Part shown: one piece after another, positions 1-9,409 of the stretch | How the letters are laid out: each line of letters begins with the position of its first letter | Position numbering within the stretch: position 1 is the stretch's first letter | Assembly (NCBI RefSeq): GCF_000020225.1 | Contig: NC_010655.1 | Span: forward strand, 540,001 to 572,000 | Source: Akkermansia muciniphila ATCC BAA-835 | Lineage (GTDB): Bacteria > Verrucomicrobiota > Verrucomicrobiia > Verrucomicrobiales > Akkermansiaceae | Length of the DNA: 32,000 bases | Reading direction: 5' to 3' | The notes under the pieces: model-generated | Databases searched by the model: none | What the model saw: only the letters and a program-made list of their open reading frames with translations | Told to the model about the DNA's origin: nothing | Program-made: the position numbers and the translations under genes

Positions 1-808
1 GATAACCGCGGGCCGTCAGACCGTCCACCACGTCATCCACCACCTTTTTGGTATTGGCGAACACCAGCCCCATTTTAATCTTTCCGGTGTCAAGCAGCCG
101 GCTGAGCACCTCAATCCGGGAGGAAAACACCACCTCGTAATAAACCTGTTCAATGGTAGGCACCGTCAGCGTAGGCCGTTCAATGGAAATCTGGACGGGC
201 TCCTTCATGAACCTGCTCACCAGGCGGCTGATTTCCGGAGACATGGTAGCGGAGAAAAACAGGGTCTGCTTCCCTTCCGGCATAGCGTCCGCGATACGTT
301 CGATATCTTCCAGAAACCCCATATCCAGCATCTCGTCCGCTTCATCCAGAATCAACATGCGGAGACCGTCCAGCCTTAGCGCCCCGGACTCCATCAGGTC
401 CATGACGCGTCCGGGCGTTCCCACCACAAACTGTACCCCGCGCCTCAGGGCGTCCAGTTGCGGGCGGAAAGAAGAGCCTCCGTAAATGGGGACGGCGGAA
501 ACACCGTCCATGAACAAAGCCAGCTTGTCCACCTCCCGGCAAATCTGAACGGCCAGTTCCCGAGTAGGACAGAGGGCCAGCACCTGAACGCAGCGTTCCT
601 CAGGATCAATGCACTCCAGGGCCGGAATGGCAAAGGCAAGCGTCTTCCCGGAGCCCGTATGGGACAACCCCACAATATCGGCCCCTCCGATCGCGGCGGG
701 AATCGCCTGCTCCTGAATGGAGGAAGGGGTATCGAAGCCGAGCACTTCGATAGCCTCCAGAATCTCCGGTGAAATACCAAGAGCCGAAAAAGAAGATGTT
801 TGAGTCAT
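1..808 (-). CDS. DEAD-box ATP-dependent RNA helicase; N-terminal part only, the gene continues past the left edge of the window
   Basis: Minus-strand ORF with ATG at 806-808 (rc). It is absent from the ORF track because the window edge truncates it. My translation is MTQTSSFSALGISPEILEAIEVLGFDTPSSIQEQAIP...SHTGSGKTLAF...PTRELA...GTPGRV...LDEADEML...FSATM. This gives the Q motif and motifs I, Ia, Ib, II (DEAD) and III (SAT) in canonical order. Confidence 0.9.
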   Translation of the reverse strand, partial: MTQTSSFSALGISPEILEAIEVLGFDTPSSIQEQAIPAAIGGADIVGLSHTGSGKTLAFAIPALECIDPEERCVQVLALCPTRELAVQICREVDKLALFMDGVSAVPIYGGSSFRPQLDALRRGVQFVVGTPGRVMDLMESGALRLDGLRMLILDEADEMLDMGFLEDIERIADAMPEGKQTLFFSATMSPEISRLVSRFMKEPVQISIERPTLTVPTIEQVYYEVVFSSRIEVLSRLLDTGKIKMGLVFANTKKVVDDVVDGLTARGY

Positions 809-1027
809 GGGGGAAAAATGATCTGTCAGAGTCACGGGAGAAGCTGAACATTATTCCCTCCCGTGTCCAGCCAAAAGAACGGAAGATACCGTAGATGCCA
901 CGATTTCCGCAAAGCCGCCTGCGAATAAAAAAACGGCTCTCCCCGCTTCTGGTCTTTACTGTCACACACGGGGTTGCAACTTGCAGGGGCGCATTCGCGT
1001 ATGATACAAATATTTCCCTCCGAATTC

Positions 1028-1804
1028 ATGGATAAAACGCCAAACAAATCACAGTCCTCCCTGCTGGGAATTTTCATCAACATCCTCCTCCCGGTACTGA
1101 TTCTGGACTACTGCAGCGCAGGCCCCGCCAATCCCCTGGAACGTCCGGAGGGAGAAAGTTTCTGGCATATCGGCCCGGTATGGTCTCTCGTCATCGCCCT
1201 TTCCCTCCCACTCGTCTATGGCATCCGTTCCCTGGCCGTCTCCAGGAAATTTGACCTGATGTCCGGCGTAGGCATGGCCGGCGTGCTGCTGACGGGCGTC
1301 ATCAGCATCTTCGTCATCGGGCCGGAAGGGCGCATCCACAGCGCCACACCCTGGCTGTTCGCCGGAAAAGAAGCCCTGATCCCCCTCATCCTGGCGGCGG
1401 CCGTCGTCGTCTCCCGCTCCACCGGCACCCCCCTCCTCAACATGTTCATCTACACGACGGAGTTATTCGACGTGCGCAGGATAGAACAAACGGTGGCCGC
1501 CAACGGCGAGGAACAGGCTTACCAGAGCCTGCTGGCAAACTCGTCATGGATTCTGGCGGGCACATTGGTCGCATCCTCCGTCGGCAATTTCTTCCTGAGC
1601 CTCTCTTTCATGTCCTCCGTCATACGCCAGCCGGAAGCGGAACAGCAAGTGGCCTACAATGCCGCTATCGGCAGCATCACCTGGTGGGGCTTCCTGATCA
1701 TCGGGATCCCCATTCTGGCAGCTCTTGTCTTCATCATGACCCGCCTGATTAAACAGCTCGGCAGGCTGACCGGGCTCTCACGGAACGAACTCCTTCTCAA
1801 ATAA
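1028..1804 (+). CDS. multi-pass integral membrane protein, function unknown
   Basis: The track ORF is 974..1804 and starts with TTG. In-frame ATGs lie at 1001 and 1028; I prefer 1028 (MDKTPNKSQSSLLGIFINILLPVLIL...). It has several long hydrophobic segments and codon usage like its neighbours. No family is confidently recognised. Confidence 0.6.
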   Translation: MDKTPNKSQSSLLGIFINILLPVLILDYCSAGPANPLERPEGESFWHIGPVWSLVIALSLPLVYGIRSLAVSRKFDLMSGVGMAGVLLTGVISIFVIGPEGRIHSATPWLFAGKEALIPLILAAAVVVSRSTGTPLLNMFIYTTELFDVRRIEQTVAANGEEQAYQSLLANSSWILAGTLVASSVGNFFLSLSFMSSVIRQPEAEQQVAYNAAIGSITWWGFLIIGIPILAALVFIMTRLIKQLGRLTGLSRNELLLK

Positions 1805-1814
1805 TCCTCAAACC

Positions 1815-3353
1815 ATGCGCCTCCATACTTCATGCATCCTGGCTGCCGCCATCGCCCTTAACGCAGCGTGGGCGGACGCCCCCCGGTTCGACCGGATTTT
1901 CGGTTCCCATATGGTACTTCCCCACGGGAAAAACATTCCCGTTTCCGGCACGGCCGCCCCCAACAGGGAAATAACCGTCACTTTTGGAAACACTGCACTG
2001 AAAACAAAAACCGATTCCAAAGGAAAATGGAGCGTCACGCTGCCTCCCATGCCTCCCTGCGGCACAGGCCAGACGCTGGCGGCCGTGCAAAACGGAGACT
2101 CCGCCAAATTGGAAGATGTGCTCGTGGGAGAAGTGTGGCTGGCTTCCGGCCAATCCAACATGCTGTTCCGCCTGAACCAGACCACGACGGCCAAAGAAGA
2201 CATAGCGGCTTCCGGAGATGACCAGCTCCGCCTGCTCAACAATATTCCGCAAGCCCACACCAACAACGCCCCCTACTCCGGGAAAGATTTTGACGCCGTC
2301 ACCACGGACAACTTCTATAAAGGGCAATGGGCCGCCAGCTCACCCTCCACTTCAGGCCCCATGACTGCCGTGGGCTACTATTTCGGGAAAAAACTCCGCG
2401 AAGGGCTGGGCATTCCGGTAGGCATCATCCACTCCTCCCTGGGGGGCTCGGAAATCGCAGCGTGGCTCCCCCGGCAGGTCATTAATGCAAACAACAGTTT
2501 CCGCACCCTGCGCGGCAACCACTGGCTGGACTCCCCCCTTATCTCCGACTGGGTAAGGGGACGGGCCAGAAAAAATATCTCTCCGCGTCTGAATCAGGGA
2601 TCTCCGGACCATCCCTACAAGCCGGCGTTCCTTTACGAATCCGGCATTGCCTGGACAACACCACTCCCCATCACAGGCGTGATCTGGTATCAGGGCGAAT
2701 CCGATGCGGAGATCATTGACAACGCCCAAAACGGCATGTTGCTGAAAACTATGATCTCCTCCTGGAGAAAAGCTTTCCGTAACCCGGAAATGCCCTTCGT
2801 CATGATCCAGCTCCCCCGCATTAACGATCCGTCAAAAATCCGTGCCGGATGGCCGGAATTCCGCGAAATGCAGGACACAGTGGCCAAAACCGTCCCGCAG
2901 GTTTACAGCGTCAACACCATTGATCTTGGCTCCACCAATGCCGACGTTCATCCTCCGTTCAAGCGCCCTGTTGGGGAACGTGCAGGAAATACTGCCCTGA
3001 ACAAGGTTTACGGTAAAAAGGTCCCCTGTGAAGGCCCTGCCTTCAAGGCCTTCAAGACCTCCGGTTCCAGCATCCTGGTCCAGATGGAACAAGCTGCCGG
3101 ACTGACCACCACGGACGGCAAGAAACCGGCCCAGTTTGAAATTGCCGGGACGGACGGAATTTACCATCCCGCCACGGCGGAAATCACAAACAGGAAAGGC
3201 GGCACAGCCGTTATCCGCCTCTCCTCCCCGGAAGTAAAATCCCCCAAAAACGCCCGGTATTGCTGGAACCGTTTCGTGACCCCCAACCTGGTCAACGGCA
3301 ACCAACTCCCCGCCCGTCCCTTCCGGACGGACACACCCGTTCTGAAAAAATAA
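1815..3353 (+). CDS. sialate O-acetylesterase family protein (SASA/DUF303-type SGNH esterase), secreted
   Basis: N-terminal signal peptide (MRLHTSCILAAAIALNAAWA). Carries the hallmark blocks GEVWLASGQSNM and VIWYQGESDA typical of sialic-acid 9-O-acetylesterases. 512 aa. Confidence 0.85.
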   Translation: MRLHTSCILAAAIALNAAWADAPRFDRIFGSHMVLPHGKNIPVSGTAAPNREITVTFGNTALKTKTDSKGKWSVTLPPMPPCGTGQTLAAVQNGDSAKLEDVLVGEVWLASGQSNMLFRLNQTTTAKEDIAASGDDQLRLLNNIPQAHTNNAPYSGKDFDAVTTDNFYKGQWAASSPSTSGPMTAVGYYFGKKLREGLGIPVGIIHSSLGGSEIAAWLPRQVINANNSFRTLRGNHWLDSPLISDWVRGRARKNISPRLNQGSPDHPYKPAFLYESGIAWTTPLPITGVIWYQGESDAEIIDNAQNGMLLKTMISSWRKAFRNPEMPFVMIQLPRINDPSKIRAGWPEFREMQDTVAKTVPQVYSVNTIDLGSTNADVHPPFKRPVGERAGNTALNKVYGKKVPCEGPAFKAFKTSGSSILVQMEQAAGLTTTDGKKPAQFEIAGTDGIYHPATAEITNRKGGTAVIRLSSPEVKSPKNARYCWNRFVTPNLVNGNQLPARPFRTDTPVLKK

Positions 3354-3374
3354 CTCTTACCACGCCATCATTCC

Positions 3375-4352
3375 ATGAACCTTCATCTTTTCCTTGCTTC
3401 CCTGGCAGCCACGCTCTCACTGGGCATTGCGGCACAAGCTTCTCCCGCCAAAGTGGCCTGCGTAGGGGACAGCATCACCTTCGGCTCCGGCCTTAAACCC
3501 GGAGAAGCCCGGTATCCGCAAGTGCTCGCCACGCTAATGGGCCCGGACTTTGACGTCAGAGGATTCGGCAATCCCGGAAAAACGGCGGGCGACTATCCGG
3601 GCCAAGCAGGACGCTGGTACGGCAGCACCAGGGAACACAAGCAAGCCCTGGACTTCAAGGCGGATATTTATATTTGCAACCTTGGCATCAACGACACAGG
3701 CCGATGGTGGAACCCCGAACTGTTCTCCAAAGGCTATGAAGCGCTGCTCCAGGCATGGAAAAACGCCAATCCCAAAGCACGGTTCTTTGCCTGGGGCCTG
3801 CTGGGGCCGGACTACCGCGGCCCGCTCAACAAAAAGGCATTCCCCGGCAACTGCTATCCGGACGTACGCAAATATGCAGGCTCGGACAACGGCTCCGCCG
3901 CCAACCGCCCGGAAGCGGAAAAATTGATTGCCGCCGTAGCGCGCAAGTACAAAGTCAGTCTCTTTGATGCGCTGCACCCGCTCTCCGACCATCCGGAATG
4001 GTATGTTGACGGGCTGCATCCTACGGAACAGGGCGCACGGCGTATTGCGGAAATCACCTTCGCCAAGCTGGCAAAAAGCCTCAAGATTAAGCAGCCCGTC
4101 CCCAGGCTGGAACCGGGTACCGGCAACGTGATCATCAACAACCCCGGTAATTCCGGCATTCTTCTGGACGGATGGAAATTGACGGACGGCTCCAATACGC
4201 TCATTTTTGAAAACTCCACCGTCATCCATCCCAAGGACAGGCTTATCATCGCCATTGGCCCGGAGACCCAAAAAGACCCGACCAGGCCCCTGCAAATCAA
4301 ATCCGCCAAATCCCCCGCAGCTTTCCGCCTCATTCCCGCAAAAAAATATTAA
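3375..4352 (+). CDS. secreted SGNH/GDSL hydrolase with a C-terminal lamin-tail-domain (LTD)-like module
   Basis: Signal peptide, then the block-I motif VACVGDSITFG, a GxND-like block (NLGINDTG) and DGLHPT (block V, D-x-x-H). The C-terminal ~85 aa (GNVIINNPGNSGILLDGWKLTDGSNTLIFENSTVIHPKDRLII) resemble the LTD pattern N-x-G...L-x-GW-x-L. Confidence 0.8.
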   Translation: MNLHLFLASLAATLSLGIAAQASPAKVACVGDSITFGSGLKPGEARYPQVLATLMGPDFDVRGFGNPGKTAGDYPGQAGRWYGSTREHKQALDFKADIYICNLGINDTGRWWNPELFSKGYEALLQAWKNANPKARFFAWGLLGPDYRGPLNKKAFPGNCYPDVRKYAGSDNGSAANRPEAEKLIAAVARKYKVSLFDALHPLSDHPEWYVDGLHPTEQGARRIAEITFAKLAKSLKIKQPVPRLEPGTGNVIINNPGNSGILLDGWKLTDGSNTLIFENSTVIHPKDRLIIAIGPETQKDPTRPLQIKSAKSPAAFRLIPAKKY

Positions 4353-4591
4353 AAACCACTGGAACAGTTTCATTGGGAACATGCAGCAGTTCCGTATGTT
4401 CCCAAATACCCGGCGCACTCTATTCGCGCCCTTACGCACCGAGGCAGGCGGCAAGCTGCGGAACTCTGCGGGACATCCGGATTCCCCGCAAACGGAATGC
4501 CTGCGTCTGGGACAGCTTCCCCGCTATCCCGGATGCTCCTTTTCATCCTATTTTAATTGAGCATTTCTGCATCCAAAACGGTCTACCGTGC

Positions 4592-5053
4592 ATGGAACAG
4601 AATAAAAGCAAACCATCCGCATGCCGCCTGCTTGGCCCCTTGGCCACCAACACCAGTATGGATTTCGGCGTTCTGCTGCTGCGCCTGGGAGTAGCAGTCA
4701 TGATGCTTGTGCATGGCATTCCCAAACTGGGCATGCTCATCAGCGGAAACTGGTCGGCCTTCCAGGATCCTCTGGGAATCGGCAATTTTCTGTCCCTGCT
4801 GCTGTGCGTAGGTGCGGAATTCGGTTGCTCCATCCTCATTTTGCTTGGGTTCCTGACCCGCCTGGCCTCCCTTATCCTGGTTATTAACATGTGTGTGGCG
4901 CTCTTTCTTGTCCTTGGCCTCTCCGGCTGGGGAGCACAGGAACTAGCGGCCATCTACCTGCTGATCTATCTAACCCTCTTCTATACGGGACCGGGCAAAT
5001 TCTCCCTGGATGCCTGGTGGCTCTGGCGCGACTGCAAGATAGAAGTGGAATGA
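4592..5053 (+). CDS. DoxX family membrane protein
   Basis: The track ORF 4373..5053 has a low-quality Cys/Arg-rich N-terminal extension. The in-frame ATG at 4592 gives MEQNKSK...FGVLLLRLGVAVMMLVHGIPKL with four TM segments, typical of DoxX. Confidence 0.75.
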   Translation: MEQNKSKPSACRLLGPLATNTSMDFGVLLLRLGVAVMMLVHGIPKLGMLISGNWSAFQDPLGIGNFLSLLLCVGAEFGCSILILLGFLTRLASLILVINMCVALFLVLGLSGWGAQELAAIYLLIYLTLFYTGPGKFSLDAWWLWRDCKIEVE

Positions 5054-5156
5054 AAACAGTTCCTCCCGCGCGTCCTATGGCAAAAATACTTCTTTTTTCA
5101 CTCGCCGCGGAAGGAGCCTTCCTCTAGGATGCTGGCACACCCAGTCCATCCGTTCA

Positions 5157-6158
5157 ATGTCCGGCAAACTAACCTACAAGCAATCGGGGGTCGATACCAA
5201 GGAAGCAGCCGCTTTTGTATCCGACATCAGCTCTCACGTTAAAAGAACGCAAAAGCAGAGATCTCTGCACCAGGCCTTTGGCCTTTTCGCCGCCGCCTAT
5301 GATTTGAGCTCCTACAAGGAACCGGTCATCGTCACCGGGTGCGACGGCGTAGGCACCAAGACGGAAATTCTTTTTGAACTGGACATGGTGGAAACCGCCG
5401 GCAAAGACCTGGTGGCCATGAACGTCAACGACATTCTTACTACGGGCGGCGACCCTCTCCTTTTCCTGGATTATCTGGGCATCTCCAATCTGGAACGGGA
5501 ACGCTCCCGTATCACCCGCCTGGTGGCCGGCATGTGCGACTACCTGGAATCCTGCAACTGCATCCTGGCCGGCGGAGAAACGGCGGAAATGCCCGGCGTG
5601 GTGCCGGAATCCATCGTGGAACTCTCCGGCTTCTGCATCGGCTGCTGTGAAAAAAGCAAACTGATTGATCCGAAAACCGTCCAGCCCGGAGACGTATTCA
5701 TCGGCTACAAATCCGACAGCTTCCATGCCAACGGCTGGAGCCTCATCCGCCGCATTCTGGAAGAAAATCCGGATGTAGTTGATGAAGAAGAACTCCGCTC
5801 CCTCCTTCAGCCCACCCGTTTGTATCATGACGTAGTGGAAGATATGCGCCGCTTCAACGTCACCCCGAAAGCATACGCCCACATCACGGGGGGAGGCCTC
5901 CCGGAAAACCTGGAACGCTTCCTGGGCGACTACGGCGCAGACCTCTCCATTCCCTATTGGGACAACACCGCCGCCCAGAAAATCCTGAAGCATGTGGATC
6001 CTCAGGACCGCTTCAACACTTTTAACATGGGCATTGGCTGGGTAGCCATCGTGAGGCCTGAAGACGCGGAAGCCGCATTGAAGGCAGGTCCGGGCGGCAC
6101 GGTCATTGGCACGCTGAGAGAAGGCCGCGGCATTCATGTCAAGGTACAGGGCGAATAA
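5157..6158 (+). CDS. purM: phosphoribosylformylglycinamidine cyclo-ligase (AIR synthetase)
   Basis: YKQSGVDT..., GCDGVGTK, DLVAMNVNDIL and ITGGG blocks. 333 aa, the canonical PurM length. Confidence 0.95.
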   Translation: MSGKLTYKQSGVDTKEAAAFVSDISSHVKRTQKQRSLHQAFGLFAAAYDLSSYKEPVIVTGCDGVGTKTEILFELDMVETAGKDLVAMNVNDILTTGGDPLLFLDYLGISNLERERSRITRLVAGMCDYLESCNCILAGGETAEMPGVVPESIVELSGFCIGCCEKSKLIDPKTVQPGDVFIGYKSDSFHANGWSLIRRILEENPDVVDEEELRSLLQPTRLYHDVVEDMRRFNVTPKAYAHITGGGLPENLERFLGDYGADLSIPYWDNTAAQKILKHVDPQDRFNTFNMGIGWVAIVRPEDAEAALKAGPGGTVIGTLREGRGIHVKVQGE

Positions 6159-6221
6159 AAAACACCATCTCCTTGCAGCGGATACACCACACTTACAGGA
6201 CAATCTTTTCATCATCATCCC

Positions 6222-8141
6222 ATGAGCGATTTTCTTAAACACGAGTGCGGCGTAGCCGCCATTCGTCTGCTTAAGCCTCTCTCTTATTTTCAGGATAAAT
6301 ACGGCTCCACCCTCTGGGCGTTCAACAAACTGCTCATCCTGATGGAAAAGCAGTACAACCGCGGCCAGGACGGCGCGGGCATAGGCTGCGTCAAGCTGAA
6401 CATGCCCTTGGGGCAGCCTTACCTGTTCCGCACCCGGGACGCCAGCAAAGACGCCCTCACGAGCATCTTCAACGGGCAAATCAAGAAGCTCAATAAAAAA
6501 GTTCGCCGCGGCCAGGTCAATCTGAAGGATGCGGCAGATATCAAAAACAACTTCGACTACGGCGGGGAAATCCTGATGGGGCATCTCCGCTACGGCACCT
6601 CCGGCCTCTTTGACGAAGGGTCCTGCCACCCCTACCTGCGCCGCACCAACTGGCCGACCCGTACCCTGATGGTTCTGGGCAACTTCAACATGACCAATAC
6701 GCCGGAATTGAACCAGCGCATGATTGAACGCGGCCAGCACCCCGTCTTCGGAACGGACACGCAGACTGTCCTTGAAGAAATAGGGTATCACCTGGATGAA
6801 GCCCACACGGACCTCTACCGCGCCTTGCGGGACAGCGGCATGCCCGGCCCGGAAATACCCCATGCCATTTCCTCCCGGCTCAACATTCAGGAAATTATCC
6901 ATAACTCCGCCAAGCAATGGGACGGCGGATATGCCATCATGGGAGCCATCGGTAACGGAGACTACTTCTGCCTGCGGGATCCGCACGGCATCCGCCCATG
7001 CCACTACCTGATTACGGATGAATTCATTGCCGTGGCCTCCGAACGCGTTCCGCTGATGACCGTTTTTGAAGTGGAAAGCGAACAGGTTCAAGAACTTCCG
7101 CCGGCCAACATGCTCTCTATCAAGGCAGACGGCACACATGCCATTACGGAATTTACCACACCTCTGAAACCGGCTCCCTGCTCCTTTGAAAAAATTTACT
7201 TCTCCCGCGGAAACGATCCTATCGTTTACCGGGAACGCAAAGCGCTCGGTGCGGCATTGACCCCCCAAATCGTGGATTCTCTGGAAGACCGTTTTGACAA
7301 ATCCGCTATCACCTACATTCCCAACACGGCGGAAACCGCCTACTACGGCCTACTGGAAGGCCTGCGCGTCTACCGCCGCAAGCGCGTGCATGCCCAGCTT
7401 CTGGAAGCCCTGAGAAACGGCACCCTGGATGAAAACATGCTGGACAGCGCTATCCTGAAACGCTGGCCGCGCGGTGAAAAAATCGCCCACAAGGATATCA
7501 AAATGCGCACTTTCATCACGCAGGAAAAAAGCCGTGCGCAACTGGTCTCCCATGTATATGACCTTACTTACGGCGCCGTAGGGCCGGAAGACGTGCTCGT
7601 CGCCCTTGACGACTCCATTGTCCGCGGCACCACCTTGAGAAGGTCCATCCTTCGCATCCTGGGCCGAACCAATCCTCGGAAAATCGTCATTGCATCCACT
7701 GCCCCGCAAATCCGGTATCCGGACTGCTATGGCATTGACATGTCCGAACTGGGCAACTTCATCGCCTTCCAGGCGGCCGTCTCCCTGATCAAGCAGCACG
7801 GACAGGTCCGTCTGCTGGAAGAAGTATACAAGGCATGCAGGGAAGAACTGGCCAAACCCAAGGAAGAACGGCGCAATTGTGTGAAGGCTATTTACGAAGG
7901 GTTGACGGAGGCTGAAATCTCCAGGGAAATCACCCGTCTGGTCACTCCGCATGACGCTCCGTGCCCCGTGGAAGTCATTTTCCAGACCATCGAAAACCTC
8001 CATGAATCCATAGAAGGCCCCTGCGGCGACTGGTATTTCACCGGAGATTACCCAACTCCGGGCGGATACACTACAGTTAATGTGGCATACATGCGCTGGT
8101 TTGAGGGTAAAGGGGGCCGTGCATACGATTTGCCCTTGTAG
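6222..8141 (+). CDS. purF: amidophosphoribosyltransferase (long ~640-aa form)
   Basis: N-terminal propeptide then the Ntn cysteine (MSDFLKHE-CGVAAI). Also HLRYGT and the PRPP-binding loop VLVALDDSIVRGTT. Lies directly downstream of purM. Confidence 0.9.
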   Translation: MSDFLKHECGVAAIRLLKPLSYFQDKYGSTLWAFNKLLILMEKQYNRGQDGAGIGCVKLNMPLGQPYLFRTRDASKDALTSIFNGQIKKLNKKVRRGQVNLKDAADIKNNFDYGGEILMGHLRYGTSGLFDEGSCHPYLRRTNWPTRTLMVLGNFNMTNTPELNQRMIERGQHPVFGTDTQTVLEEIGYHLDEAHTDLYRALRDSGMPGPEIPHAISSRLNIQEIIHNSAKQWDGGYAIMGAIGNGDYFCLRDPHGIRPCHYLITDEFIAVASERVPLMTVFEVESEQVQELPPANMLSIKADGTHAITEFTTPLKPAPCSFEKIYFSRGNDPIVYRERKALGAALTPQIVDSLEDRFDKSAITYIPNTAETAYYGLLEGLRVYRRKRVHAQLLEALRNGTLDENMLDSAILKRWPRGEKIAHKDIKMRTFITQEKSRAQLVSHVYDLTYGAVGPEDVLVALDDSIVRGTTLRRSILRILGRTNPRKIVIASTAPQIRYPDCYGIDMSELGNFIAFQAAVSLIKQHGQVRLLEEVYKACREELAKPKEERRNCVKAIYEGLTEAEISREITRLVTPHDAPCPVEVIFQTIENLHESIEGPCGDWYFTGDYPTPGGYTTVNVAYMRWFEGKGGRAYDLPL

Positions 8142-8156
8142 CGGCTCCCTTTTTTT
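8111..8156 (+). terminator. possible intrinsic terminator after purF
   Basis: AGGGGGCCG (8111-8119) can pair with CGGCTCCCT (8142-8150, one G-U) and is followed by a T7 run (8150-8156). The loop is large (22 nt), so this is weak. Confidence 0.3.
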
Positions 8157-8174
8157 GGGTATTCTGTCGACAAC

Positions 8175-8774
8175 ATGTCGGGACCCATTTCATACACGAC
8201 CTTGGAAGACACCGAACTGGTCGCCAGGGCACGGGAAGGAGATTCGCGGGCTTTTGACGAACTTGTCATTCGCCACAGCCGCAAACTCCATGCTACCCTG
8301 TACCAGATGACGGACAACTACGACGATGCCTATGACATCGCCCAGGAAGCGTTCTCCAAAGCCTACCGGGCCTTGCGCTACTTCAATGGACAAAGCGCCT
8401 TTTACACATGGCTGCACTCCATTGCCGTCAACCACGCCAGAAACTTCCTGAAAAAACGCAACCGCAGAATGACCTACAGTCTGGACGACGACGAGTACGG
8501 CGACCATACGGAAAAGGACATGAACATGGCGGATGAAACGGACGGGGCGGACCCGGAACGCCGTACCCATTTGAATGAATTGCAGCTCAAAATCAACGAA
8601 GCATTGAAGAAACTTTCCACTAAACACAGGGAAGTCGTTGTTCTTCATGACGTAAAAGGGCTCAACCATACGGAAATATCCGCCCTTCTCGGTATCTCTG
8701 AAGGAACGCTCAGATCACGTCTGCACTATGCCCACAAGGAACTCCAGGGGCTGCTGGCGGAATATCTAAGTTAA
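8175..8774 (+). CDS. ECF-type RNA polymerase sigma-70 family factor
   Basis: Region 2 (FDELVIRHSRKLHATLYQMTDNYDDAYDIAQEAFSKAYRAL) and the region 4 HTH (HTEISALLGISEGTLRSRLHYAHKEL). 199 aa. Confidence 0.9.
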   Translation: MSGPISYTTLEDTELVARAREGDSRAFDELVIRHSRKLHATLYQMTDNYDDAYDIAQEAFSKAYRALRYFNGQSAFYTWLHSIAVNHARNFLKKRNRRMTYSLDDDEYGDHTEKDMNMADETDGADPERRTHLNELQLKINEALKKLSTKHREVVVLHDVKGLNHTEISALLGISEGTLRSRLHYAHKELQGLLAEYLS

Positions 8775-8881
8775 TCAGGAAAAAAAATATTGAACGTCAA
8801 TTCCCGCCGCCATGTCAAACGCATAGTCCCAAATTCGGGACTGACACATCCTAACTTCTATTATACTTAACATCAACGACG

Positions 8882-9403
8882 ATGGATAAACAATCCACAG
8901 ATCATAAAGAGGAAACTCTGGTGGCCATGCTGGCATCTTTCCGCAAGGAAGCCTGTTACCATGACACCTTCGAGGAAGATTTCCTCCGCAATTTTCATCT
9001 CAGAAAGGAAACCGATCAGGCTGCCCACTCTGCTTGGAAATTGCTGCTCGAACGCCTGGACAATTATCTGCAGAACTTTCGTGGTTGGCAGTGGGTCTAT
9101 GCTTCCATGTCCATCGTGACATTGGCTGCGGTAGGCGTTATTATCGCATCCGGAAACATGGATGAACCTTCTGAATCTTACGTATCCTCCACCAAGGATA
9201 AGGAAGAAATACTCCTGACGAAAAAAGCCGTTCCCGTAAGTAAGGAAACTATTGAACGAACCTCAACCGAAGTTGCTCCCACGGAAAAACCTGAATTCAC
9301 CACGGGAGACTCTTCATATGAAACATCGGCCAAAGACAACCAGCTGAAACCTGATTCCCATGCCGATAAAAAACCGGTATCCCGCGTTCTCATTGAGATG
9401 TAA
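8882..9403 (+). CDS. putative single-pass anti-sigma factor
   Basis: Sits directly downstream of the ECF sigma. It has a ~75-aa cytoplasmic N-terminus, one TM segment (WVYASMSIVTLAAVGVIIASG) and a Ser/Thr/Lys/Glu-rich tail predicted to be disordered. No zinc-binding HxxxCxxC motif. The function is inferred from position and topology only. Confidence 0.5.
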   Translation: MDKQSTDHKEETLVAMLASFRKEACYHDTFEEDFLRNFHLRKETDQAAHSAWKLLLERLDNYLQNFRGWQWVYASMSIVTLAAVGVIIASGNMDEPSESYVSSTKDKEEILLTKKAVPVSKETIERTSTEVAPTEKPEFTTGDSSYETSAKDNQLKPDSHADKKPVSRVLIEM

Positions 9404-9409
9404 CAATCC

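Noticed and set aside
833-865. Hairpin CACGGGAG-N-CTCCCGTG in the helicase 5' leader / divergent promoter region.
   Set aside because: An 8-bp stem with a 16-nt loop of unknown significance. It might be a leader structure of a cold-shock-type helicase, but there is no further support.
4375-4403. Hairpin GGGAACAT-N13-ATGTTCCC just after the SGNH esterase gene, considered as a possible terminator.
   Set aside because: No downstream T-run and a 13-nt loop. Not enough to call an intrinsic terminator.
3534-4454. Long shadow ORFs antisense to confidently assigned genes: 3534..4454(-), 15065..16054(-), 19907..20608(-), 22270..22881(-), 22805..23656(+) and 26376..27215(+). Also the many 60-180-aa track ORFs nested in other genes.
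   Set aside because: Each overlaps almost entirely a gene with clear family signatures on the other strand or frame. Their translations are Arg/Gly/Pro-rich and motif-free.
4373-4591. A 73-codon N-terminal extension of the DoxX ORF as listed in the track.
   Set aside because: The extension is Cys/Arg/Pro-rich, not hydrophobic and unlike DoxX proteins. The ATG at 4592 gives a normal-length DoxX. I treat the 240-bp region as non-coding.
5054-5156. A possible purine or ZTP riboswitch upstream of purM.
   Set aside because: I could not find the conserved cores of either class in the 103-bp leader. An Infernal/Rfam scan would be decisive.
5169-7268. A 699-codon minus-strand ORF running antisense through purM, the purM-purF spacer and the first half of purF.
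   Set aside because: purM and purF on the + strand have unambiguous family motifs. The antisense translation is low-complexity (Gly/Ala/Val/Arg/Phe-rich) with no recognisable motifs. Long stop-free antisense frames are a known by-product of codon bias in GC-rich coding DNA. Only ribosome profiling could rescue it.
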